64,000 nucleotides of DNA from Thiobacillus sp. (GTDB taxonomy: Bacteria > Pseudomonadota > Gammaproteobacteria > Burkholderiales > Thiobacillaceae). The position numbers and the translations under genes were made by a program. The first letter of the stretch is position 1. Each line of letters opens with the position of its first letter. The stretch is from positions 575-64,574 of the forward strand of contig JBKBRW010000011.1 in the NCBI GenBank assembly GCA_046291555.1, read 5' to 3'. Shown here one piece after another: positions 8,533 through 18,891 of this stretch. The notes under the pieces are model-generated. The model was not told the DNA's origin, ran no database searches, and saw only the letters and a program-made list of their open reading frames with translations.

Positions 8533-11500
8533 TCAATGAAAATCCCGCGAATGCGTGACGAGATTCCCCAGCAACGGCGTCAGATCACGCAGATGCCCGG
8601 CGATGAGATGCGCCACCTCGCCCTGCCGCTCGAGTTTTCCGTACACCGCCAAGAGGCGCGCGCCCAGCAGCGCGCGCCGCTGCCGCTCGGCGAGGTCGCG
8701 CCACACGACCACGTTCACGTGCCCCGTCTCGTCTTCCAGCGTGAGAAAGGTGACGCCGCTCGCGGTGCCGGGGCGTTGGCGGTTGAGAACGAGGCCGGCG
8801 GCGCGGACGAGGCGGCCGTGCGGCAGGCGGCCCAACGCTTCGGCAGTGACGAGCCGTTCGCGCGCGAGGCGGCTGCGCAAAAGCGCGAGCGGATGGCGGC
8901 CGAGGGTCAGGCCGAGGCTGGCATAGTCGGCGACGAGGTCCTGACCTTCGGTCAGCGGAAACAAATCGGGCTGCGGCTCCTTGACCTGTCCCATGACGAG
9001 CGGCGTGGGGCGCTCGATGCCGGCGACATCCCAGTAGGCCTGGCGGCGGTGGCCGGCGAGCCGCTTGAGCGCGCCGGCGGCGGCGAGGCACTTGAGGTCG
9101 CGCGGGTCGAGGCCGCTGCGGGTGGCGAGGTCGTCGACGCTGGTGAAGGGCTTCTGCGCGCGGGCGGCGGTGAGGCGCGCTGCGCCTTCGAGGGAGAAGC
9201 CGTTGACCATGGAGAGGCCGAGGCGAAGGGCGGGCTGGTTCGTACCTTCGCGTACGCCCGCCCCCTCTCCCCGGCCCTCTCCCCGCTGGGGAAAGGGGGT
9301 GAACCTGGTCGTGGAGTCGATTCCGTCAGCCCTCGCCTCACCCCCAGCCCCTGAATCCTGCCCGCTGAATCCTGACCCCTGCTCCAGCGTGCAATCCCAT
9401 TCACTTTCCAGCACGTCGACCGGCCGCACCTCGACGCCGTGGCGGCGCGCGTCCTGCACGATCTGCGCGGGGGCGTAGAAGCCCATGGGCTGGCTGTTGA
9501 GGAGCGCGCAGGCGAAGGCGGCTGGTTCGTGGCACTTCAGCCACGCCGAGACGTACACCAGCAGCGCGAAGCTCGCGGCGTGCGATTCGGGAAAGCCGTA
9601 TTCGCCAAAGCCCTGGATCTGCATGAAGATCTGCCGCGCGAAGTCTTCCGCATAGCCGCGTTCACGCATGCCGTCGATGAGGCGCCGCTCGAAGTGCTCG
9701 AGTCCGCCCTTCCTGCGCCACGCCGCCATCGAACGGCGCAGCTGGTCTGCGTCGCCCGGGGTGAAGCCGGCGGCGACCACCGCGAGCTGCATCACCTGCT
9801 CCTGGAAGATCGGCACGCCCAGCGTCCTCTCCAGCACGCCGCGCACCGCCTCGCTCGGGTAGCTGACCGGCTCGGCGCCTTCGCGCCGGCGCAGGTAGGG
9901 GTGCACCATGCCGCCCTGAATCGGGCCCGGCCGCACGATCGCGACCTCGATCACCAGGTCGTAGAAGCGGCGCGGCTTCATGCGCGGCAGCATGACCATC
10001 TGCGCGCGCGATTCGATCTGGAACACGCCGACCGTATCCGCGCGGCCGATCATGTCGTAGACCGCCGGATCCTCGGACGGCACGTCGCTCATCGCGAACG
10101 GGCGCCCGCGCAACGCGCTCACCAGATCGAGCGCGCGGCGGATCGCCGAGAGCATGCCGAGCGCGAGCACGTCGATCTTCAGCAGGCCGAGCGCGTCGAG
10201 GTCGTCCTTGTCCCACTGGATGATGGTGCGCTCGGGCATCGCCGCGTTCTCGATCGGCACCAGCTGCGACAACTGGCCGCGCGCGATGACGAAGCCGCCG
10301 ACGTGCTGCGAGAGGTGGCGCGGAAAGCCGACCAGTTCGTCGACGAGCTTGATCAGCAGCGCGACCTTTCTGTTGGCAGGATCGAAACCGGCTTCCATCA
10401 GGCGCTCGGGCTTGATCCTGCGACCATCCCACCACGCCATCGACTTCACCAGCCGGTCGACCTGCTCGAGGTCGAAGCCGAGCGCCTTGCCGACGTCGCG
10501 CATCGCGCTCCGCGGACGGTAGCGGATCACCGTCGCGGCGAGCGCGGCACGGTCGCGGCCGTATTTCGCGTAGAGGTACTGGATCACCTCCTCGCGCCGC
10601 TCGTGCTCGAAGTCGACGTCGATGTCGGGCGGCTCGTTGCGCTCGCGCGAGATGAAACGCTCGAACAGCATGGCCATGCACGCCGGGTTCACTTCCGTGA
10701 TGCCCAGTGCGTAGCACACCGCCGAGTTGGCCGCCGAGCCGCGCCCCTGGCAGAGGATGCCGCGCGAGCGGGCGAAGCGGACGATGTCGTGCACGGTGAG
10801 AAAGTACGGCTCGTATTTGAGCTCTTCGATCAGCGCGAGCTCGTGCTCGATCTGCCCGCGCACGCTGTCGGGCGTGCCGTCGGGGAAGCGGCGCAGCAGG
10901 CCCGCCTCGGTCAAGGCGCGCAGGTGCCCGATCGCGGTTTCGCCGGCGGGAACGACTTCCTCCGGGTATTCGTAGTGCAGCTCGTCGAGCGAGAAGGTGC
11001 AGCGCGCCGCGATCACGAGCGTCTCGTCGAGCAGCGCCTGCGGATAGAGTTGCGCGATGTCGCTGAACGAACGCAGGTGCCGCTCGCCGTTGGGAAAGAG
11101 CGCATCACCCGCATCGGCCACCGGCACGCCGAGGCGGATCGCGGTAAGGACATCCTGCATGGGACGACGCTCGGGCACGTGCATGTGCACGTCGCCCGCG
11201 GCCGCCAGCGGCAGGCCGGCAGACTCGGCCAGTTCGGTCGCCGCGGCGAGCCGCTCGGCGTCGTCGGGCGCGCGGAACAGTTCCAGCGCAAGCCAGGCGC
11301 GGCCGGGGAAGCGTGCGGCGATGGCTTGTGCATACTCCAGGCTTGGCGGCGGGTCGGCGAGCAGCAGCGCAAGGCAACCCGGCAACCCATCGCGAAGATC
11401 GTCGAGGCTCAGCGTGTAGCATCCCTTCAGCGCGCTGCGCCGCCCGCGCGTGATGAGCGCGGACACGTTGCCGTAGCCGGCGCGGTCGGTCGCCAGCAGC

Positions 11501-11730
11501 ACGATGCGCGGGCCGTCGACCAATTTGATCTCGCTGCCGACGATGAGCTTGAGCCCCATTTCCTTCGCTGCCACGTGCGCGCGCACGACGCCTGCCAGCG
11601 AGCACTCGTCGGTGAGCGCGAGCGCCGCGTAGCCGAGTTCGTGCGCGCGTTCGACCAGCTCTTCCGGGTGCGACGCGCCGCGCAGGAAGGTGAAGTTGGA
11701 GACGCAGTGGAGTTCGGCGTAGGCCTTCAT
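8533..11730 (-). CDS. dnaE2: Error-prone DNA polymerase DnaE2 (ImuC)
   Basis: PHP N-terminus [20 protein letters not shown]; GRGSAANS; PPDIDVDFE; C-terminal SRDFH. Confidence 0.97.
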   Translation of the reverse strand: MKAYAELHCVSNFTFLRGASHPEELVERAHELGYAALALTDECSLAGVVRAHVAAKEMGLKLIVGSEIKLVDGPRIVLLATDRAGYGNVSALITRGRRSALKGCYTLSLDDLRDGLPGCLALLLADPPPSLEYAQAIAARFPGRAWLALELFRAPDDAERLAAATELAESAGLPLAAAGDVHMHVPERRPMQDVLTAIRLGVPVADAGDALFPNGERHLRSFSDIAQLYPQALLDETLVIAARCTFSLDELHYEYPEEVVPAGETAIGHLRALTEAGLLRRFPDGTPDSVRGQIEHELALIEELKYEPYFLTVHDIVRFARSRGILCQGRGSAANSAVCYALGITEVNPACMAMLFERFISRERNEPPDIDVDFEHERREEVIQYLYAKYGRDRAALAATVIRYRPRSAMRDVGKALGFDLEQVDRLVKSMAWWDGRRIKPERLMEAGFDPANRKVALLIKLVDELVGFPRHLSQHVGGFVIARGQLSQLVPIENAAMPERTIIQWDKDDLDALGLLKIDVLALGMLSAIRRALDLVSALRGRPFAMSDVPSEDPAVYDMIGRADTVGVFQIESRAQMVMLPRMKPRRFYDLVIEVAIVRPGPIQGGMVHPYLRRREGAEPVSYPSEAVRGVLERTLGVPIFQEQVMQLAVVAAGFTPGDADQLRRSMAAWRRKGGLEHFERRLIDGMRERGYAEDFARQIFMQIQGFGEYGFPESHAASFALLVYVSAWLKCHEPAAFACALLNSQPMGFYAPAQIVQDARRHGVEVRPVDVLESEWDCTLEQGSGFSGQDSGAGGEARADGIDSTTRFTPFPQRGEGRGEGAGVREGTNQPALRLGLSMVNGFSLEGAARLTAARAQKPFTSVDDLATRSGLDPRDLKCLAAAGALKRLAGHRRQAYWDVAGIERPTPLVMGQVKEPQPDLFPLTEGQDLVADYASLGLTLGRHPLALLRSRLARERLVTAEALGRLPHGRLVRAAGLVLNRQRPGTASGVTFLTLEDETGHVNVVVWRDLAERQRRALLGARLLAVYGKLERQGEVAHLIAGHLRDLTPLLGNLVTHSRDFH
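9262..9375. repeat. REP-like palindrome and CTGAATCCTG tandem unit inserted in-frame in dnaE2
   Basis: CCCCTCTCCCCGGCCCTCTCCCCGCTGGGGAAAGGGG at 9262-9299; CTGAATCCTG twice near 9350-9375. Confidence 0.7.
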
Positions 11731-11824
11731 ACGTCCGCCCTCCGTCTGCTTGGCCGGCGGATGGGGGACTCATGTCGAGGGCAGCCCCCATTTGCAGGCG
11801 CTCGCACGCCCCGAGGGTCGCTGC

Positions 11825-13225
11825 TCATGCGAACACCCCATGCACGTACCACTCGCCGCTCACACGGTCGCAGTACACCCACAGCCGCGCACCGTTGCGG
11901 TCCTCCGCCACGTAGTAGTCGCGGGCGACGTCGCCGCCGTCCCACCAGCCGCTTTCGATGCGCTCGGGGCCCGAGGTCAGCTTGATTCCGCCGTCGCGGC
12001 ACGGCAGCGGACGGGGCAAGAGCCACAGCGGGCGGTGGCGGTTGGCCTCGGCCGCGCGCTTCGGACCCTGCGCAGGACGCCAGGCGCGCTCCGGGCGATG
12101 GTCGGCGACGGTCTCGACGCCGTGGACCGCGTCTTTCCCCAGGCGGATGCGCAGACGCTCGAGCAGCAGGTCGCCGTCGGCCTCGCGGGTTTTCTGGAAC
12201 AGGTCGGTGTTCGATGCCGACAACGGCAACACGAGCGGCGCGCGCAGGGCGATCGTGTGCACCGGCGCATCCAGCCGGGTGCGGCCGAGCGTCTCGCGCA
12301 AGAGGAGCTGCATGCGCGCAGCGTCGCGCGTCGGCTTGGCGAAGCCGAGCTTCAGCACCGTGGCATCGCGTCGCTCGTGGCGGCAGACGAGTTCGAGCGC
12401 CGCGACGCCGGCCTGGCGCTGCACGAGGAAGCCTTCGAGTTCCGGCAGCAGGCGGCGCACGGCGAACTGCAGCGCCTCCGCATCGTGCACCGGCGCGGGC
12501 AGTTCGAGCGACCGCTCGAAGCTTGCCGGCGGCACGAAGAAAGCACGCGCCTCGGGCAGCCGGCCGAGCGCGAGGTCGAGTTCGTCGACGAGCGCCTGGC
12601 CGAAGCGGCGCGCGATGCCGTCGCGCGGCAGGCGCAGGCAGTCGCCCAGGGTCGAGGCGCCGATTCGGTCCAGCCCCTCAATCACCGCCGGCGGCTGGTC
12701 GAGCAGCGCGAGCGGCAGCGCGGCAAGGCGTTTTTCCAGCCGCGCGGGATCGCGCACGGCTTTCTCGATGCCGGCTTTCGCCAAGAGCCAGGCGCCGTGC
12801 GCAGTCGGCGCGCAGGCCATCGTTGCCGCGTAGCCCATGTCGGCCGCGCCGCGTCGCGCCAGCTTCAGGAGATTGGCAAGGCCGCGGTGCAAACTCAAAC
12901 AGGTGCCGATTTCGAGCAGCAGGCCCGCGGGCGGCGCGAGACTCACCGACGGCGTGAAGCGCCCCGCCCACACGGCCAGCCCCTCCAGCGACGCACGCTC
13001 AGCTTCCGGGTCGCGCCGGCGCACGACAAGGCCGTCGGCCAGCGCCTGCGCCGCGGACGCCGCCATGCCGGCGTGCACGCCGCAGGCTGCCGCGGCCTCG
13101 TTGCACGCGATCACCCGCGTGCGGCCGCCCTGCTTCTCGACCACGGCCAGGGGCTCTGCCACGGCCGCGCCCCGAGTGAACACTTCGAGGGACAGCGAAT
13201 GAAAGTGGAGCGCGAGCCACAGCAT
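11825..13225 (-). CDS. imuB: ImuB, inactive Y-family polymerase
   Basis: MLWLALHF; IACNEAAAACGVHAGM; C-terminal GPERIESGWWDGGDVARDYY. Confidence 0.93.
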   Translation of the reverse strand: MLWLALHFHSLSLEVFTRGAAVAEPLAVVEKQGGRTRVIACNEAAAACGVHAGMAASAAQALADGLVVRRRDPEAERASLEGLAVWAGRFTPSVSLAPPAGLLLEIGTCLSLHRGLANLLKLARRGAADMGYAATMACAPTAHGAWLLAKAGIEKAVRDPARLEKRLAALPLALLDQPPAVIEGLDRIGASTLGDCLRLPRDGIARRFGQALVDELDLALGRLPEARAFFVPPASFERSLELPAPVHDAEALQFAVRRLLPELEGFLVQRQAGVAALELVCRHERRDATVLKLGFAKPTRDAARMQLLLRETLGRTRLDAPVHTIALRAPLVLPLSASNTDLFQKTREADGDLLLERLRIRLGKDAVHGVETVADHRPERAWRPAQGPKRAAEANRHRPLWLLPRPLPCRDGGIKLTSGPERIESGWWDGGDVARDYYVAEDRNGARLWVYCDRVSGEWYVHGVFA

Positions 13226-13261
13226 GACGACAAACCCGGTGGACGGACTTCGGGATGCGGC

Positions 13262-13939
13262 TCAGGACTGGACCAGCGACAGCGCGGGCGTCTTGCGTCT
13301 CGCACGGCGGACCGCGCCCACCTGCGGCAGCGCCACGACTACCGGCCGGCTCACCGGCCCGCCGCGGCGCTTCAGGACGTGCACCGCGAGCCCTTCCTCT
13401 GCAGGTTCGAGCAGAAGCCGCAGTGCGGCGGGCGAACGCTCTTCGGCGGCGCGCGCATGGCGGAACAGCACGCCCCAGGCGTGGCCGGTCTCGGCCGCGA
13501 GCTGCAGGCGGCGCATGCGGCGCTCGTCGGCCGCGCGCAGCCACGCCAGGAGCGCGCCGCAGGCGCCGGAGCGCAACGCCTGCTCCGCCGTCCACCAGGT
13601 GTCGTCAGGCGTGGCGGGCTTCGCGACCAGCAAGCGTTTCAGGTCGATGCCCGTCGCAGCAAGCGCCGCGGCATAGGGCACGTAAGGCGGCGCCACCCAG
13701 GCAAGCCAGCCGTCGGCTTCCGACAACCGCGCCAGTGCCGGCGTCAACAGCCGCAACTCGCCGATCCCCTGCCGGGCGATCAGCAGTTCGGTCAGCGCCC
13801 CGCGCGGCCAGCCGCCGCCCGGAAGCACCGCGTCGAGCGCGGCGAAGCCCGTCGGCAGCGCGGCTCCGGCCGTCTGCGCGCGCTGGTCGCCGCGCCAGAT
13901 GCCGGGGTGCTGCAAGACCGATTCGAGGGAGGGGTTCAC
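13262..13939 (-). CDS. imuA: ImuA (RecA/SulA-like)
   Basis: LPTGFAALDAVLPGGGWPRGALTELL; GELRLL; RRLQLAAE. Confidence 0.93.
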   Translation of the reverse strand: MNPSLESVLQHPGIWRGDQRAQTAGAALPTGFAALDAVLPGGGWPRGALTELLIARQGIGELRLLTPALARLSEADGWLAWVAPPYVPYAAALAATGIDLKRLLVAKPATPDDTWWTAEQALRSGACGALLAWLRAADERRMRRLQLAAETGHAWGVLFRHARAAEERSPAALRLLLEPAEEGLAVHVLKRRGGPVSRPVVVALPQVGAVRRARRKTPALSLVQS

Positions 13940-13975
13940 GGGGTCAAATCTCCGGTCGAACCATTTCGAAAAGCT

Positions 13976-14578
13976 TCACAGGTTCTTCCCGCTGCGGATC
14001 ACCCCCACCGCGATGCCCTCGATCACCAGCTCCTGGCGTGCCAGGTCGACGACGATCGGCTCGAAATCCAGGTTTTCTGGCAGTAATTGCACGATATTGC
14101 CGCGCTTCTTGAAGCGCTTGACGGTCACCTCGTCGCCGAGGCGCGCCACGACGACCTGCCCGGCATGGGCTTCGGCGCTGCGATGCACCGCGAGCAGGTC
14201 GCCGTCGAGGATGCCGGCGTCCTTCATGCTCATGCCGCGCACCGTCAGCAGGTAGTCCGCACGCGGGGTGAACAGGGCGGGGTCGAACTGGACATGGCGC
14301 TCGATGTTTTCCTGCGCGAGGATAGGGCTGCCGGCGGCGACCTGGCCGACCACCGGCACCCCGCCGCCGCCCTTCAGCCGGATGCCGCGCGAGGTACCCG
14401 GCACCAGATCGAGCACGCCCTTCTTCGCCAGCCCCTTCAGGTGCTGCTCGGCGGCGTTGGGCGAGCTGAAGCCGAAGCGCTCGGCGATCTCGGCGCGGGT
14501 GGGCGGCAGGCCGGTGGTCTCGATCCATTCGCGGATGAGGCTGAGGATTTCTTCCTGGCGGCGGGTCAGGTCTCGCAT
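13976..14578 (-). CDS. lexA: LexA repressor, 200 aa
   Basis: [11 protein letters not shown]; VAAGSP cleavage site; GMSM catalytic Ser; VTVKRF catalytic Lys. Confidence 0.97.
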   Translation of the reverse strand: MRDLTRRQEEILSLIREWIETTGLPPTRAEIAERFGFSSPNAAEQHLKGLAKKGVLDLVPGTSRGIRLKGGGGVPVVGQVAAGSPILAQENIERHVQFDPALFTPRADYLLTVRGMSMKDAGILDGDLLAVHRSAEAHAGQVVVARLGDEVTVKRFKKRGNIVQLLPENLDFEPIVVDLARQELVIEGIAVGVIRSGKNL

Positions 14579-14592
14579 GGGCTTCCCCCAAG

Positions 14593-14612
14593 TACTGTAT
14601 ATGTGTACAGTA
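14593..14612. promoter_or_regulatory. SOS box CTGT-N8-ACAG
   Basis: TACTGTATATGTGTACAGTA, 15 nt upstream of the lexA ATG. Confidence 0.92.
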
Positions 14613-14675
14613 TAAATACCGAACCGGAAAAATGCCAAGCGCGAAATCCCCCCGCGCCGGCACTAGGAGACCCTC

Positions 14676-14939
14676 ATGATGAAGCTCGGAAAAATCAGCG
14701 CCTTCGCCTACACCCGCATGAAGCAGCGCGGGATTTCGCTCGACGCCCTGAACGACCTGCTCCGCCGCGGCCAGGTCGAAAGACAGTTCGACGGCGCGCA
14801 GGTGATCTACCTCGACGACCCTGCGCCCGCACCGAACTGGGCCGGCCGCCCGCAGCCCCGCCTGTATGCCGTGGTGGACGCGGCGGGCGACGTGCTGACG
14901 GTGGAGAAGCGCGTGCGGCTGCGGCGAAAGCCTGCCTGA
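14676..14939 (+). CDS. Small DUF4258-like protein
   Basis: AGGAG SD; A..RMKQRGIS...LRRG and YAVVD...VLTV pattern. Confidence 0.6.
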   Translation: MMKLGKISAFAYTRMKQRGISLDALNDLLRRGQVERQFDGAQVIYLDDPAPAPNWAGRPQPRLYAVVDAAGDVLTVEKRVRLRRKPA

Positions 14940-15040
14940 CTCCCCGCCTTGCGGCGCCTTCCCTCACTGCCTAAATTGAGAGCTGAGACGCGCCGATGGC
15001 GCTATCGCCTCAGCCCCAACGCAACCCGGAGGGAACGATC

Positions 15041-15511
15041 ATGAACACACGCTTGATGGTATTGGCGGCCGCCTTGGCCCTTGTTGTCGCCGGCTGCGCC
15101 GACATGCCACAGTTGGGCGGCGGGCCGAAGTACGGCGACACCGCGGGAACCGTCGCCAGCCAGGCCAATCGCAACGGCACGATCACCGCGCTCGAAATCA
15201 TCCAGGTCGACGAAAACTACAAGCTCGGCATCAGCACCGCCGTCGGCGCGGTCGCCGGCGGCCTGCTCGGCTCGCAGATCGGCGAGGGCCGCGGTTCCAC
15301 CGTCGGCGCCGTGCTCGGCGCCGCGGCAGGCGCCGCCGCGGGCACCGTGGTCGAAAGCAAGATGAAGAAGCAGGACGCGCAGCGCGTGTCGGTAAAAATG
15401 AGCACCGGCGGCACGGTCACCATCGTCCAGCCGGTCGACGGCCGGCTCAAGAGCGGCATGGCCGTGCGCGTCGAGGGCAGCGGCGAAAGCGCACGGGTGG
15501 TGCCGCGTTAG
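15041..15511 (+). CDS. Glycine-zipper 2TM outer-membrane lipoprotein (SlyB-like)
   Basis: Lipobox VAGC; GAVAGGLLGSQIGEGRG glycine zipper. Confidence 0.85.
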   Translation: MNTRLMVLAAALALVVAGCADMPQLGGGPKYGDTAGTVASQANRNGTITALEIIQVDENYKLGISTAVGAVAGGLLGSQIGEGRGSTVGAVLGAAAGAAAGTVVESKMKKQDAQRVSVKMSTGGTVTIVQPVDGRLKSGMAVRVEGSGESARVVPR

Positions 15512-15691
15512 CCCCTTAGCGCCGGAAAGCAGTCGCCGCGCTCTCCGGCCTGCCGGTTTTTGCAGCTGCCATAGGGCAGCGATTGCAGCTCAGAACGATC
15601 CATAAAACTTACTAAAAAAGTCGTCTTGAATTCGGGACGTCTCTCTTGCGGAACATCAATGTCGTCGCAGACCTTATTCAAGGGAGAAATC

Positions 15692-16529
15692 ATGATTGCC
15701 ATGCGTCCACTCATTCATGCAAGCGCCAGTCTGGTCCTTGCCCTCGCGTCCGGCCTTGCCTCCGCCCAGCCCTTCACCCCGGTCATCGATGAATTCTGAG
15801 TAATGAAGAACGGCCAGGAGATATCCGCGATTCTTTCGCCGACGGCGTGGCACCGCCGAGCGGGCCGGACGGTGCCAACACCTACGTCATGCTCGGACAG
15901 CCCGGCATGATCGGCGAGACCGGTGGCAAGCTGACGATGACGCCGTCGCTCGGCGACCAGGTTCTTATCACCCCCACTCTCGCTGACGTGACCACCGCCG
16001 CGATGCGGCGCGTGGGCACCGGCGCTGCCAACCCCAACACGCTCGATCAGGCCAGCTCGTTCGCGCCAACGACCACGCGCCCGACCTGGGATTGGATGGC
16101 AACAACACCTTCTACCTCTTCGTCGGCGTGTCCGAGGCGACAGGAAGAACCGGCGTCTTCCTGCGGCTCAACGATTTCGAGAACGACACCAGCGTGGTGC
16201 TGTGGACGAGCTTCATCGACGCAGTGCTGGCCAGCGCAGACCAGATCGAGTTGGTGCTGTCCAAGGACGCCGGCAGTAACCAGATCAACGCCGCGTTTAC
16301 GATCTTCGATGCCTTGAACGCAGTCCTGCTGTCGGATTCCATCCTCAACGCGGGCCTGCTGTATCAGCCAGAAACCGCGCCCGACGGTTCGACGATCACC
16401 GAAATCTTCGTCCGCCCCCAATTCATGTCCACCGACCGCATCACCGTACCGGAGCCGGCCACGCTGGCTTTGTTGGGCATCGGCATCGGTGGCCTGCTGC
16501 TGACGCGCAAACGCGTGGCACACGCCTGA
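15692..16529 (+). pseudogene. PEP-CTERM sorting-domain protein pseudogene
   Basis: Signal peptide from ATG 15692; in-frame TGA 15797-15799; frameshifts near 15824 and 16064; C-terminal VPEPATLALLGIGIGGLLLTRKR. Confidence 0.82.
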
Positions 16530-16622
16530 ACGCCTGCGCCGCGTCACCCTCAGCCCCGGCCATGCGCCGGGATTCTTGTTGGCGGTCGGATGCGTTTCCA
16601 ATCGGTTCCGCACCCACCCCAC

Positions 16623-17291
16623 TCAGCCGCCCGTGCCGCTTCCCCGCTCGCGCCGCCGCATCACCCACTGCAGCGCCACCACGATGAGCACGATCGCGAT
16701 CACCAGCGCGAACGGCGCGAAGCGATTCACCGTAGCGGCCCAGTCGCTGAGTTCGTTCAGCAGCAGGCCCCACACGCCGATGGCGACGTAGGTCGCGCTC
16801 AGCACCACGACGAGGTTCAGCCACGGCCGCAAGCCGATCAGAAAGCCGATGACCGCGCCGACCACCGGTCCCGTCATCCAGAACGGCACAAACACGAAGA
16901 CGAAGAGGCCCACGATGCCGAACGGGCGCACCGCGCCCCCGCCCGATGCCGCCGCGCGGTGCATGCGCAACAGCATCGGCTGCAGGCGCGGCCACCGGAT
17001 CAGCTGCCGCCAGCTCAGTGCGAACAGCGGATACACCACCAGCACCTGGATCGTCTCGACCAGCATGTCGAGCGGGACCACCTGGGCGTGGCCCAGCCCG
17101 CTCGCGTAGCCGAAGCTCATGCCGGCTGCGCGGCCAATCACGAGATTGAGCCCCGTCATCGCCGCGTAGGTCAGGATGGTGTCCGGAAACAGCTGCCAGC
17201 CAGTGCCGAGCGCGAGCAGCAGCAATCCCGTGAGCGCCAGTCCCACCGCCAGCAACCGGCCTTCGGCGCTCCCCAACAAGCTCACCCCCAT
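16623..17291 (-). CDS. Small multi-drug export family membrane protein
   Basis: Multiple TM helices; FVFVPFWMTGPVVGAVIGFLIG motif. Confidence 0.7.
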   Translation of the reverse strand: MGVSLLGSAEGRLLAVGLALTGLLLLALGTGWQLFPDTILTYAAMTGLNLVIGRAAGMSFGYASGLGHAQVVPLDMLVETIQVLVVYPLFALSWRQLIRWPRLQPMLLRMHRAAASGGGAVRPFGIVGLFVFVFVPFWMTGPVVGAVIGFLIGLRPWLNLVVVLSATYVAIGVWGLLLNELSDWAATVNRFAPFALVIAIVLIVVALQWVMRRRERGSGTGG

Positions 17292-17427
17292 GCGTTTCTC
17301 GCGTCGTCGATCGTGTCGGGCGCACTGTGCCAGAAAGCGGCGATGCCGGGTGGCCCGAGTCGTTGCTTTCCGCGGCGCGGGCTAAGATGAGCGGACCGTT
17401 TTCACCGACCCATCGAGCCAGGCCTGC

Positions 17428-18891
17428 ATGACGGCACCATCCGCCCACGCGCTGCCCGACTACCGCGGCGGCAGCCTCGTCAACCTCATAAGCTCCGTTT
17501 CCGCGGCGCTCGGCGCGGGTAGCGCCTATGCGCCGCTCGCCGCCCTGCCGCCGGACGCGCTCGCCAGGGCCCGCCACGTCGTGCTGCTGGTTGTCGACGG
17601 CCTCGGCCTCGACTACGTGCTCGGCCATGAGGGTGCGCTGCGCAGCCACCTGCGCGGGCGGCTCACCTCGGTCTTCCCTTCCACCACCGCGAGCGCGATC
17701 CCCGTGTTCCTCACTGGCCTCGCCCCGCAGCAGCACGGCCTCACCGGCTGGCACATGTATTTCCGCGAAATCGGCGCCGTCGCCGCGCCGCTGCCGTTCC
17801 GCCTGCGCACCGGCAGGCAGGGCATGCGCGACGCCGGCGTGACGCCAACGCAGCTGTTCGGGCTCACCTCGCTGTTCGACCGCCTGCCCGTGCCCTGCCA
17901 CGTCGTCAGCCCGCAGCACATCGCCCATTCCGACTTCAACGTCGCGCTGTCCGGCCGCGCGCAGCGGCACGGCTACCACACGATGGACGAGATGTTCGGC
18001 ACCATCGCCGGCCTGCTGCAAAGCACGGTGCCGCGCAGCTACGTGTACGCCTACTGGCCGCAGCTCGACAGCCTCGCCCACGAATACGGCATCGGCAGCG
18101 CTCAGGTCGCCGCGGCCTTCGCCGCGCTCGACGCCGCGTTTGCGCAACTGCTCGAGGCCGCGCACGGCACCGACAGCGTCATCGTCGTCACCGCCGACCA
18201 TGGCTTTATCGACACCGACCAGACCATCGACCTCGACGACCACCCCGTACTGCGCGACACCCTGCTGCTGCCGCTGTGCGGCGAACCGCGCGCGGCCTTC
18301 GCCTACGTGCGGGAGGGCCGCGCGCAGCAGTTCGAGGACTACGTGCGCACGCAACTGGGTGACCGGCTCGACCTCGTCCCGAGCGAAAACCTTCTCAACG
18401 AGGGCTGGCTCGGCCCGGGCGCGGCGCACCCGCGCCTCAGGGACCGCATCGGCGACTACGCGCTGCTGCCGCGCGGCAAAGCGATCCTGCGCGACTGGCT
18501 GGTGGGCGAGCCGCGTCACGTCCACGTCGGCGTGCACGGCGGCACCAGCGCCGCGGAAATGACCGTGCCGCTCGTCGTCGCCGCCACCGAGTCGCCGACC
18601 GCGGCGCGCACCGCCAACCCGACGAGCGCGACCGCCGCGCACGGCAGCCACACCCAGCGCAGCTCCGAGCGCAGCACGGCGAGCCCGCGCCGGGACAGCA
18701 ATTCGAGCGGGCGCAGGGGCGAGACCTCGATCACCCGCCAGGGCAGGAAATGGCGCCGCTGCGAGAACGGACTGAACAGCCCCACGCCGAGGCCGCCGGT
18801 GGTCATGGCGTCGATGAGCCCGTGCGAGGCCGCGGAAACGAACAGCACCGCGAACGCAAGCCACGGGTCCAGGCCGAACGACGACATGTAG
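17428..18891 (+). CDS. Alkaline phosphatase/nucleotide pyrophosphatase family protein with read-through C-terminal tail
   Basis: LLVVDGLG; SVFPSTTASA; LDSLAHEYG; VTADHG; HGG. Homology appears to end near 18585. Confidence 0.85.
   Translation: MTAPSAHALPDYRGGSLVNLISSVSAALGAGSAYAPLAALPPDALARARHVVLLVVDGLGLDYVLGHEGALRSHLRGRLTSVFPSTTASAIPVFLTGLAPQQHGLTGWHMYFREIGAVAAPLPFRLRTGRQGMRDAGVTPTQLFGLTSLFDRLPVPCHVVSPQHIAHSDFNVALSGRAQRHGYHTMDEMFGTIAGLLQSTVPRSYVYAYWPQLDSLAHEYGIGSAQVAAAFAALDAAFAQLLEAAHGTDSVIVVTADHGFIDTDQTIDLDDHPVLRDTLLLPLCGEPRAAFAYVREGRAQQFEDYVRTQLGDRLDLVPSENLLNEGWLGPGAAHPRLRDRIGDYALLPRGKAILRDWLVGEPRHVHVGVHGGTSAAEMTVPLVVAATESPTAARTANPTSATAAHGSHTQRSSERSTASPRRDSNSSGRRGETSITRQGRKWRRCENGLNSPTPRPPVVMASMSPCEAAETNSTANASHGSRPNDDM

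Noticed and set aside
11731-11824. Possible small element or ORF between imuB and dnaE2
   Set aside because: Only weak hairpin potential; no terminal repeats or recognisable motif
15630-15652. Sigma-54 promoter for the PEP-CTERM gene
   Set aside because: GG-to-GC spacing is 11 or 12 nt, not the required 10
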